Both the position numbers and the translations under genes were made by a program. The notes beneath the pieces were generated by a model. The model was not told the DNA's origin. It made no database searches and was given only the letters and a program-made list of their open reading frames with translations. Positions 31,940 through 42,572 of a stretch of 64,000 nucleotides of DNA are shown piece by piece (positions within the stretch are counted from its first letter, which is position 1; each line of letters starts with the position of its first letter). The DNA comes from the human T2T-CHM13v2.0 reference genome, Homo sapiens: the NCBI RefSeq assembly GCF_009914755.1, contig NC_060929.1; one strand, given 5' to 3'.

Positions 31940-32344
31940 ATATCAGTCAGAATTCACTGTTTTACTAAAGTAATGAATAATCCTAAAAATCTCAGTGGCT
32001 AAAGATAACTAAGTTAATTTCTAACTCATACTACTTTTCCAAGGTGGGATGGCAGGGATCCTCGGCCATTCATAGTTTTTCAAGGTTCACACTGATGAAA
32101 GCTTCAACACAGTGCATGTTTTCACAGTTCCCACAGTGTGTAAGAGGAAATGGGCCAAGTCATGTATTGGTTCTGAAAGCTTGTAACCTATAGGAAAATA
32201 TTCCTTGTCCATTCACATATCAATGGCCACAGCAAGTTACGTGCCACATCCACTTTTAAAAGGGGAGAAAAAGTTCAGCCCTGTCATCTGCTGGGAAGAG
32301 GGTGGAGAAGATGCATGTTTATGAAGTCTCTAATGACAGTCACA
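31940..32344 (-). mobile_element. MLT1I/J-like LTR
   Basis: AAAATCTCAGTGGCT...ATGGCCACAGCAAGTTAC motifs. Confidence 0.7.
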
Positions 32345-33471
32345 CAGATAACCCAAACTGCATATTGGCAGGGAACCTAACAATAACCCAGTTTAACCCT
32401 TTCAGTTTACAAGTTGAAAATTTGTGAGTGATTAGATGCTTGGACCATCTGGTTTGTCCTAAAATTTCAGGGCTTCTGGTGAAATCATTAACTCCTCCGG
32501 GCTCTGACGCATCTCTAGGCATTCTGCTTCATGATCGATTTTTGAGTAATAAACCTCTCTTGAACACCTGGAGTAAATCCCACTTATTTATGGTATGTAA
32601 TTCCCTTTATATGTTGCTACATTCGTTCAGCTATTGTTTGCATCTATATCCACAAGGGGGACTGATGTTGATGTGTACTATTCCTTTATGGTACTCTCTT
32701 TGGTTTTAGTATAAAGGTATTTCTGGCTTCACAGAGATGAGTTGGGTAGTGTTCCCTCTTCTATTTTCTGGAAGAGATTGTGTAGGATGTGGGTTCATTC
32801 TTAAACATTTGGTAAAATTCTCTAGTGAAACTATTAGAATCTGGACCTTTCTTTTTGGGAGGAGAAATGTAAAATTATGAATTTAGATTTCATACTAGTT
32901 ATAGGGCAATTCAAATTATTTTCTATTCCTTGAGTTATAGTAGCTTTTTTAAAGAATTAGAACATTTCATCTAAGTTGTCAAATTTATGTAGGTAGAGTT
33001 GTTCATAGCATTCTTTTGTTACCCTCCAAGGGTCTTCAGAGTCTGCAATGATTTCTGCTGTTTCATTCTTGATATTGTTAATTTGTGTCTTCTCTATATT
33101 TTTCATTGTCAACCTTGCTAGAGGGTTAATTGTATTAATCTGTTAGAAATTAGTTTTTTGTTTCACTGAATTCCTTTATTGCTTCTCTGAGATTGCATTG
33201 ATTTCTTTTATCTTTGTTGCTTCTTCCTTATGCTTGCTTTGGGTTTATTCTATTCTTTTTCCTGTTTCTCGAAGTGGAAAATTAGATAACTGAAGACTTT
33301 TTTTATTTTCTGATGTAAGATTTAGTAGTATAAATTTTTCTCTCAGCACTGCCTTAGCTGTTTCTCACTAGTTTTAATATGTTATATTTTTACTTTCATT
33401 CAGTTCAATGTGTTTTCTGATTTCTTTTGCATCTTTCTTTACCATCTGTGAATTATATAGCAATATGTTCT

Positions 33472-34090
33472 GGCCGGGCTTTGGTAACTCATGCCTGTAA
33501 TCTCAACATTTTTGGAGGCTGAGGTGGAAGGAATGCTTGAACCCAAGATTTCAAGACTAGCCTGGGCAACATAGCAAGACGCTATCTCTATAAAAAAAAT
33601 AAAAAGAGGCCAGTTGGAGGGGCTCACGCCTGTAATACCAGCACTCTGGGAGGCTGAGGTGGGCAGATCACCTGAGGTCGGGAGTTCGAGACCAGCCTGA
33701 CCAACACGGAGAAACCTCGTCTCTACTAAAAATACAAAATTAGCTGGGCATGGTGGTGCATGCCTCTAATCCCAGCTACTTGGGAGGCTGAGGAAGGAGA
33801 ATCTCTTGAACCCAGGAGGCGGAGGTTGTGGTGAGCCAAGATTGCGCCATGGCACTCTGGACAACAAGAATGAAACTCCATCTCAAAACATAAAAATAAA
33901 AATAAAAACAAAAAAATAAAAAGAAAATTAGCTGGGCATAGTGGCATGCACCTGTAGTCTCAGCTACTCAGGAGGCTGAGGTGGGAGGATCTTTTGAGCT
34001 AGGGAGTTTGAGGCTGCAGTGAGCTATGATCCTGCCACTGTGTTCCAACCTGGGACACAGAGCTAGTCTTTGTTTCAAAAACAAAAACAA
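33472..34090 (+). mobile_element. AluJ split at its A-rich linker by an AluSp
   Basis: Left arm 33472-33607, right arm 33925-34090. Confidence 0.9.
33608..33909 (+). mobile_element. AluSp-like
   Basis: GGTCGGGAGTTCGAGACCAGCCTGACCAAC..GGAGAAAC; 15-bp TSD AAAAAAATAAAAAGA at 33593-33607 and 33910-33924. Confidence 0.9.
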
Positions 34091-35779
34091 AAGTGTTCTT
34101 TAGTTTCCTAGTGTTTGGAGATTTTTCTTTCTTTCTATTGTTAATTTCTAGTTTGATTCTATTGTGGTTACAGAATACCCTCTGTATGATTTAACTCTTC
34201 TGAATTTGTTAAGGGTTGTATTATGACCTATATTATGGTCTCTTAGCATATGTTTCATAGGCATTTGAAAAGAATGTGTATTCTACTGTTTTGGGGTAGA
34301 ATGTCCTCTAAATGTTGATTAGATCCTTTTGATAAATGATGTTAAATTCTTCTGTATAATTGCTGATTTTTGGTCTAGTTGCTCTATCAATTGTTGAGAA
34401 AAGAGTGTTGAAATCTCCAACTATGATTGTGCATTTGTATTTTTCTACTTCTAATTCTATTGGTGTTTGCTTTATACATTTTGTAACTCTAATGTTGGTG
34501 CATAAACATTTAGAATTGCTATGTCTTCTTGATGAATTGATCCTTTAATCATTATATAATGTTCCTCTCTGTCCTTATAATTTTCTTTGCTCTGAAGTCT
34601 ACTTTATATTAACTTATCCACTTACAGTTTCTTTTCATTTTTGTTTACATGGCATATCTGTTTCCATTTTTTTTTACTTTCAACCTACATGTATTCTTAT
34701 ATTAGAGGTAGTATCTTATAGATAGCATATAGTTATGTCATATTTTTAATCCATGCTTCTAAACTTTGTCTCTGAATTAATGTAGTTAGACCATTTATGT
34801 GTAATACAATTTAATAAAAGTATTAATATTTTATATAATGATTATGTTATGGTTTAAGTCTAACATTTTATTTTTCTGTTTATTCTGTTTATTATTTTTC
34901 TATTTTGTCCTGCCTTCTTGTGTAATACCTGAACATTTTACATTTCTCATCTTTTATTTTTACTGTTTTCTTTCTTTTCTCCCAATTTTCTATGACTTAT
35001 TCTTTTACAATTTCCTTTCTTCTTAGATAAATTCTTTTAGTCATTATTTTAGAAAAACTATGCTGGTAACAAATTCCTTCATCTAAAAATATCTTGAATT
35101 CATCTTAATTCCTGAGGTACAGTATGTTTTGTTGGATATTAAACCCTGAATTGACAGTCATTTGATTTCAACACTTGAACAAAGTACTGCTTTCTTCTGG
35201 CATCCATGTTTTTTGATTAAAAGGCTGCTGTCATTTAGTGAAAAATGAATCATTGTATGATTTTGCTTTTAAGATTTTCTTTAGTTTTCAGAAGTTTGAT
35301 TGTAATGTGTCCTGGTATGCATTTTTACATTTATTTATTATTTTTGGGATTCACTTAGCTTCTTAAGTCTATGGATGTTTTCCTTTTGCCAAAATTGGGA
35401 AAATATAGCCTTTAAAAAAATACTTTTCACCTCCACTCCCTCTTCTCCTCTGCTTCTGAAGCTCCAGTGACATGAGTGTTAGAGATTTAGTTATAGTCTC
35501 ACATGTTCCTGAGGCTCTGCTAGTTTTTTTCCAGTCTATTTTTTCTCTTCCACTCAAACTGGGTACTTTCTATTGCTCTATGCTCAAGTGCATAACTATT
35601 TCCTCTGTTCTCTCCATTCTGCCGTCAATCCCATCCATTAAAAAAAAAAGTTTGTCATATTGAATTTTATGTCTAAAATTTTTCTATGTTTTTCTTTATA
35701 TCTTCAATTTTTTTTCCTTTGGCTTTTAATATTATCATTGGTTTCAAGCATATTTGTCATTGCTTTTTGAAACATTTTC

Positions 35780-35859
35780 CTTTGGGTATATACCCAGTAA
35801 AGTATAATAAATATATATATATTTATATATACACACACACACACATATATATATATATA
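35780..35859 (+). mobile_element. 80-bp L1PA micro-insertion with 5' inversion and microsatellite tail
   Basis: TSD GAAACATTTTC at 35769-35779 and 35860-35870; antisense L1 snippet, then L1 terminal TAAAGTATAATAA, then (TA)/(CA) tail. Confidence 0.75.
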
Positions 35860-38750
35860 GAAACATTTTCATATTGGCTGGTTTACAATCCTTGTCAGAT
35901 AGTGCTAACATCTATGTTATCCCAATGTTTGTGTCTGATTTTTTTTTTTATATTCACGTTTAGTTCTTCCTGGTCCTTTTCATGAGATAACTTTCAATGA
36001 ACTATGAATATTTTGGGTATTATGTTGTAAGACTCTAGTTCTTATTTAAAGTGTGTTTTAGTAGATCTTCTCTGATACCACTTCAACAGGGATAGCAGTA
36101 CCTTCTCAATGCTGCCTGCTGTGGCTGGAAATACAGGTTTTCCACTTGGCTTCTGTTGCCATGATGAATGGTGAGGAAAGAGAGGCCTGTAGGGGATAAG
36201 AGTAGGAGTCCAGTCTTCCTGCCAAGTCTCTGCTGGCTGGGAAGTAGAAGAGGTGCCTCATTATCACTTCACATACAGCTTCCACTGACTGTAGGGGTGC
36301 ACGGCCCCATCACCATCGATGGACTTCCCAGGCAGCCTTCTTTAACACCATGTCAGTGAGGAGAAGAAGCCACCTTGGTACCATCAGGTAATAGTGGAAG
36401 TTCTGGTTCCCCCATGGCCTCTTCTTCCACCATAGGGGAATCCCTTACTGTTTGGCAGAGATGAAAACCTCCACTCAGCCTTCTCTGATATTCCCTGCCC
36501 TGGTCTGGGGCTCGTCGTTATAGCCCAGCAAGGGTGGAAGTCTAGGCCTTTGCTGGAGAAGGTGGGTGTAGGGCTGCAGTATTTTCCTGTGGTGTTCATA
36601 GTAGAGTAATTACCATCTAAGAGTTTTCAGTCCTACGAAGCTACCCCTTTCCTGGTCCTTCGGTTGGAGAGAGCAGGCTTTATTTGGGGCTTTTTGTTTC
36701 TATGCCTATTTTTGTTTCTTGAATGCTGGCTTCTCTATGTCCCAGTCTTGAATTTATGAGACAAAAACAAAACAAAACAAAAAAACAAAAACAAAAAAAC
36801 AATAAAAAAACAACCCAGGGAACTCATCACTGTGTCTTCCCTTGGTGCCAATGCTCACTAGCTGTGCTGTCCTCAAAGTCTTTCCATGTTTGTTGATGCA
36901 CATGTCTGGAGTTTTCAGTTGTACTCAGCTAGAGAAATAGAAAAAAAGTATGTCTACTCCATCTTCCCCAAATCAGAATTTCCCTGCCTTATTTTAAAAA
37001 TTAGTTTGGGGACTGATTTAAAAGAAAAGCCTTTGGAACAATTGCTTGACATTAAGTACCTATCTCCCATTAAGTCAGAAAGTTATAACCCTGGATGGAC
37101 TTTATTGTCACCTGGGAAGCTTTAGAAAATATTTCAGTTTTTCAGGGCCCAGAAACTAAGTAAACCAAAATCTCTGAGGGTAATGCCCAGCAAGGGAATG
37201 CTTTATCCTCATATGGATTTTCTGTGTAAATTCAAGAGCACTGGCTCTCTGTGACGGTGTCTACCCAAGGACCAAAGTACAAAAGCAACAGTTCATTTTC
37301 ATTGTCACAAATGTGCCGCAGGTGAGAGGCGGGTAGTATCTCCATGGTAACCAAGCCTCAAGCTCTGTGATTTCCAGGGTAGCATTAAGTTATTGCTTCT
37401 TGCTCATATGCAGTTCTACCCACAAGAAAATGCTAGTTATGTCCCTTAGTTGACAAATAAGAAATCATGACTTTTGAAAAACTTATTTTCTTAGAATGTT
37501 ATTTAGATTCTTGCAAACAAAAGGCCAAAATGGATCAAACAGATGAGGCTTCTCTCACAGAAGGTCCCTGTGTGATACGTGTCCTTGGCTCCCAAAGGCC
37601 ACATTCAAAACAGACGTTTAAAAACAAAACAAGAGAATTTCAAGATTTTTCACACTGCTCAAATGCTATGATTGTGTCCCCTAGATATGAAGATTTTTTA
37701 AATAAAAAAAAAATAGAGAAGAAAAACATTGGGCAGAGCGGTTGTCCGGGCATGACAGAAGAAGTAAGGCTTACTAACCTCACTTATTATCTGGCCGTGT
37801 CATTATCTCTAACAGGTGAGTGGAGTATTCAGGTCCAGATAAGCCAGAAATGGTGCCTGTGTTCTTACACTGGTGAAGAGATGCATTAGGCTCATGAAAC
37901 AGCCACCTTTAGCAATGCTAGGAAGGTATGAGCACAAGACACCAAGTATCGCTGGGATGAAGAACTTTTGCAGGTACAGCAGACGGGAGTGGGGCCCAAG
38001 GCCTTTGCCTGGGCTGGGCCAGTGGTCCTCAGGTGGCAGGGAGGCTGCAGCGGGGTTGGGTCAGCAGCCAGTGTCTGTGCAAGATAAATCTTCATGCATA
38101 GGTGAGTGGTTCCTGCCCCCAACAGTGAGCTGGGTGGTCTTCGTGACACGACTCTCAATACCAACACCTGTAGCTCCAGTGAGCCTACCGAATTCCAGAT
38201 GGACCCCTTGGTGCTCATTCTATTTCTGCTCCATGGTTACGGTCTCCTAAATTGCTTCATTCCAAAACACCTTCCTGATAGCCGGTGACGCACACTGCAA
38301 CTGGAAAATTCTTCTGTTTGATACCAATTGGATCATGCCCCTTCTCTGGTTAGAAACCTGCAGTGGCTCCACCTGTTTCATGGATTGTCTGTGCAACCGT
38401 GGGCTCTGCCGCTGGAATTGGAGAGCATTCGTGGTACCAGGGACGCCAAAGATATTGACATGGACTTTTCTGAGAGGAGATGGTTCATGAGCAAAGCCAC
38501 CCCCATGAGTTTTAAGTGCCATTCCCAGAGAGGTGGGTAAAGATTGGCCCATTAGAGGTATGAGCGGGTGTCCTTTCTCAGATAGCTATGGACATGTGAA
38601 CAAGAGAAACTAGTAGAACTTGAGCTGACCCTCAAGGAAAATGCCTTGAAAGGGCTTGGCTTCTTGAAATCATCTCCTCGGAACCTGGGAATTGTTCTGG
38701 GTCAATTGGACCCCAGACTTCCATGAATGCTAGCCCACATGTAAAGCCTT

Positions 38751-38950
38751 GGGCGGGTGGTGCTACAGGCAGTAAAGGAAGAATGGTGGGGACAGGTGAG
38801 GCCTCTCTACCTTTATCTATGCTGAGGAGCAGCTTCCTGAGCAGCAGCAGCACCAGGGAGGAGGGCAGCGACCCAGAGAGGGCGGGGCCAGAGAGGGCGG
38901 GAGGGGCTGTAGACCTGAGGAGCAGGAGACCCAGAGTGGGCGGGAGGGGC
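38751..38950. promoter_or_regulatory. GC-box (Sp/KLF) cluster, candidate promoter
   Basis: GGGCGG at 38751, 38880, 38895 and 38938 in non-repeat sequence; motif evidence only. Confidence 0.35.
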
Positions 38951-40070
38951 TGTGGACGTGAGGAGCAGGAGCAGAGGCGATATCTCTGGAGCATCATACA
39001 ATACACTCTTCCTTCTTCCCATTTATGACCTGGAAAGGACTGACCTCTGAATAGAGGGGAGGGAGGCCCTTAGGTCATGTGGTTATTGAGCTAGGTTTTC
39101 TTAATTGGGCTGTTAAGGCCATTTACAGACTCCTTTTAATTTATCTATTTAGTCCCCACTATTCCAGTTGAGATAAAAACTGGTGATAGTTAAAATGTGT
39201 CATAAGCTTTCTTTCCTCTATAACTTTTTTCCTCTTGTCTATCTAACTTCTATGACATCCACAGAAATTATATGTGGTTATAACATCCATATGTATTAAA
39301 TATTATATTACATTAGATACATTATATATATCTAATGTATACATTAGATATATCTGATATGTATTAAATATATTATCTAATTTGTATCTGATATATTATC
39401 TTTCTATCATCTATTCATCAACCTCTTTGAAATAATCTCTTTCATGCACTCATTACTCCCTTTCCCTGAATTCTTTCTTTATTTTCTTGAGCAGAAGATT
39501 CCTTGTTCTCTCAGCCCCTGTGACTGGTTGCATGTCTCATTTTTGGCACCAATTTCAGGTGACCTTGCACTGTTGTCTTTTATGCATATCTTTCTTCTGG
39601 GAGATCACGTCTCATTTTAGGGAGGAAATATGTCCTCTTCTTTAATGCCAGTTGCAGTTCAGACTGTCATGTGCAGATTTAAAGAATTAGTGATGTGGAA
39701 GCTGTGAATTCATCGTCCTCTCATGTTAAAGTCAGGTTTTGCACCACTAGTCTTGTTTCCTGCAGCAAGAATCATCTTCTATATGCAATCCTTCAGTAGT
39801 TGTCCTTGGGCTATAAAATGAGCTGAAATAGTTAATTATGCATTTAAGATTCCCTATAAGCTGGTCTCATAGTTCTCTTTATCTTTCCCCTCATGCTTTC
39901 ACACCCCACACTCAGCAATCTAGAAACTCAACAACTCAGAAAGCAGAGCTCCTCCCATCTCCCTTGCACCATGCCTTTCATGGCCGGTGACTCTGTGAAT
40001 ATAGTTTTCTTGGGAGAGAAGCTGCTGTAAGTTCCTTTCTTTTGCTCATTTCTTCCAGAGGTCCTCTCCT

Positions 40071-40207
40071 CCCTAATTATCCTGGGGTTTGCAATTTTTG
40101 TATGTGTGAAAAATTAGACCTTGGCCCATGACCTTGAACAGTAGGATAAAAACAACTCCCACAAGCTTAGCATCCCAATAATGGGACTTTAGGCATAAAT
40201 GGGTTAA
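40071..40207 (-). mobile_element. MER85 piggyBac MITE (PGBD3-related)
   Basis: Right end AGGCATAAATGGG plus TTAA (40204-40207); internal AACTCCCACAAGCTTAGC; left TIR degenerate. Confidence 0.88.
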
Positions 40208-40479
40208 AGAGCAATCTCAAGCTCCTTAGATTTTGTGACTCCTCTGATCCTCCTTTTACCCGATCCAAGTGTTTTCATCTCTGTTTAACACCTCGTTAAT
40301 CTGCCCCATATTTCAGTGGGTGGTTTTCAGAGCCTTCTCTGATAAAGTGTGGTTCTCCTTTAAGGAGGGATGCTGTGCCTCAGAAGTGCAAGTGAAAATA
40401 TTAAGACTGACAAAGACTTGAAAGAATGAGGATAACTGATGCAGGTGCAAGGTGAGGAAACCAGTGTTAGAGATTGATT

Positions 40480-40840
40480 AAATATTTAAATGTTACATGT
40501 TAAAGCATAAAAGTTCTAGAAGAAAATTGAGCTTCCTATATTGTAAGATGGTAATGGAAGATTTTCTAAGCAGGCAATAGCACTGAAACATGAGTAGAAA
40601 TAGGTGACTTAATTCATTTTTAAATATTCAACAATCTTTTATCATTAAAGATTTAAAACAATAGACAAATCAAGACAAATAGCTGCCACATAACAGAAAC
40701 ACTCCTTCCAAGTTAAAAGACAAAATCATAGTTTAAAAAAGTAGCAAGCCATATGAATGGGAAATACTTCAAACAGGAAATTTAAATGGTAATAGTTTAA
40801 AATTTATCTAATTAGAGAAATTTACTAAAAATGGTAGAAG
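40480..40840 (+). mobile_element. Old L1ME ORF2 3' fragment
   Basis: ATAAAAGTTCTAGAAGAAAA...TAATTAGAGAAAT A-rich sense L1. Confidence 0.55.
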
Positions 40841-40841
40841 T

Positions 40842-40925
40842 GGCCGGGTGCGGTGGCTCATGCCTGTAATCTCAGCACTTTGAGAGGCCAAGGCAGGTAA
40901 ATCACTTGAGGTCAGGAGTTCGACC
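40842..40925 (+). mobile_element. Alu 5' fragment (~84 bp), 3'-deleted
   Basis: GGCCGGGTGCGGTGGCTCA...GAGGTCAGGAGTTCGACC then abrupt end. Confidence 0.92.
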
Positions 40926-40939
40926 TCATTTATGCCTAA

Positions 40940-41860
40940 AGTCACTAGGGCAACTACTTTTCACCCAGTGTCCTCCAGAAAAGAAAGATCTGGAGGGTCT
41001 TTATCTTCAAAATAATAATGAGGGGGTGCAGAAGGGTAGGGATGAGCCTCTCCCTCCTTTGCCACTTTAGTTTTAGCTGGCAAATAAACCTGCTCTGTAA
41101 CCTCTTCTGTTACTTCGTTATACTCTCCCTCCTCCTCCTCATCAGTGTGAAAAAGTTCCAAGGTGGAATGAACCAGAGCCCACAATTGTCCCATTGCTAC
41201 CCTGATGCTTCCAAGATCCCCTTCTTACTCACCACGGGGATTGCTTTAAGAGTACTTGGGTGTCCAGCTAGTTGCACATTCTCCAACCGTCACTCTAGCC
41301 ACCCTTCGACCTGGATTTGAGCCCCCATAATGGATGCCACTTGCCGAGACCAGCTCAGTTGGGGAGACCCTAACTCAGCGACACTAGAGGAATTAAACAC
41401 ACACACACACAGAAATATAGAGGTGTGAAGTGGGAAATCAGGGGTATCACAGCCTTCAGAGCTGAGAGCCCCGAACAGAGATTTACCCATGTATTTATTA
41501 ACAGCAAGCCAGACACTAGCATTGTTTCTGTAGATATTTGATTAGCTAAAAGTGTCTCTTATGGGAAATGGGTTTAACTAAAAGTATCCCTTATGGGAAA
41601 TGAAGGGATGGGCCAAAATAAAGGGGTGGGTCTGTCTAGTTATCTGCAGCAGGAACATACCGTCAGGCACAGATCGCTCATGCTATTGTTTGTCATTTAA
41701 GAACAACTTTAAGTGGTTTTCTGCCCTGGGTGGGCCAGCTATTCCTTGCCTTCATTCCAGTAAACCCACAGCCTTCCAGCGTGGGCGTTATGGCCATCAT
41801 GAACATGTTGCAGTGCTGCAGAGATTTTGTTTATGGCGAGTTTTGGGCCTGTTCCCAACA
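40940..41860 (-). mobile_element. HERV-K(HML-3)/HERVK9 5' remnant: MER9 LTR (41342-41860), PBS, leader, start of gag
   Basis: LTR TGTTGGGAACAGGCCC...GGTCTCGGCA; degenerate tRNA-Lys PBS TGGCATCCATTATGGGGGC; leader splice donor GTGAGT. Confidence 0.9.
40961..41194 (-). pseudogene. gag: HML-3 gag N-terminal remnant
   Basis: MGQLWALVHSTLE...acidic tract...YPSAPP late-domain-like motif, directly downstream of LTR and PBS. Confidence 0.8.
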
Positions 41861-42572
41861 CATGGAGTCAAAGGAGATCATTTTGGAGCTTTAGGATTTG
41901 AATCCAGGCCTGCTGGATTTTGTACTTGCATGGGGCCTGCAGCCCCTTTGTTTTGGCTAATTTCTCCCATTTTGAATGTCTGCATTTACCCAATGCCTGT
42001 ACCCCCATTGTGTCTAGGAAGTAACTAACTTGCTTTTGATTTTACAGGCTCATAGGTGGAAGTGACTTGCCTTGTCTCAGATGAGACTTTGGAATGTGGA
42101 CTTTTGAGCTAATGTCAAAATGAGTTGAGATGTTGAGGGACTGTTGGGAAGGCATGATTGGTTTTGAAATTTGAAGATATAAGATTTGGGAGGGCCCAGG
42201 GACAGAATGATATGGTTTGGCTCTGTGTCTCCAGCCAAATCTCATCTTGTAGCTCCCATAAGTCCCTTGTGTTGTGGGAGGGACCCAGTGAGAGATAATT
42301 GCATTATGGGGGCAGGTCTTAACTGTGCTGTTCTCATGATGATATGAGAGCATCCTGAGATATGATGATTTTAAAAATTGAGATCCCTGCACAAGCTCTT
42401 TTTGACTGCTGCCATCCATGCAAGATGTGACTTGCTCCTCCTTGCCACCTACCATGATTGTGAGGCCTCCACAGCCATGTGGAATTGTAAGTCCAATAAG
42501 CCCTTTTCTTTTATAAATTGCCCAGTTTTGGGTATGTCTTTATCAGTAGCAGCATGAAAACAAACTAATACA
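41861..42572 (+). mobile_element. THE1 internal 3' end (41861-42207) plus THE1B 3' LTR (42208-42572)
   Basis: CATGGAGTCAAAGGAGATCATTTTGGAGC internal; LTR TGATATGG...CTAATACA. Confidence 0.9.

Larger units (their letters stand above)
32540..36985 (-). mobile_element. L1MC/MD element, ORF2 to 5'UTR, with nested Alus
   Basis: Antisense ORF2 and ORF1, then GC-richer 5' region ending TACTCCATCTTCCC. Confidence 0.75.

Noticed and set aside
38247-38552. ORF starting MGQSLPTSLGMAL, reminiscent of a gammaretroviral Gag N-terminus
   Set aside because: Similarity stops after a few residues; no matrix motifs, LTR or PBS upstream
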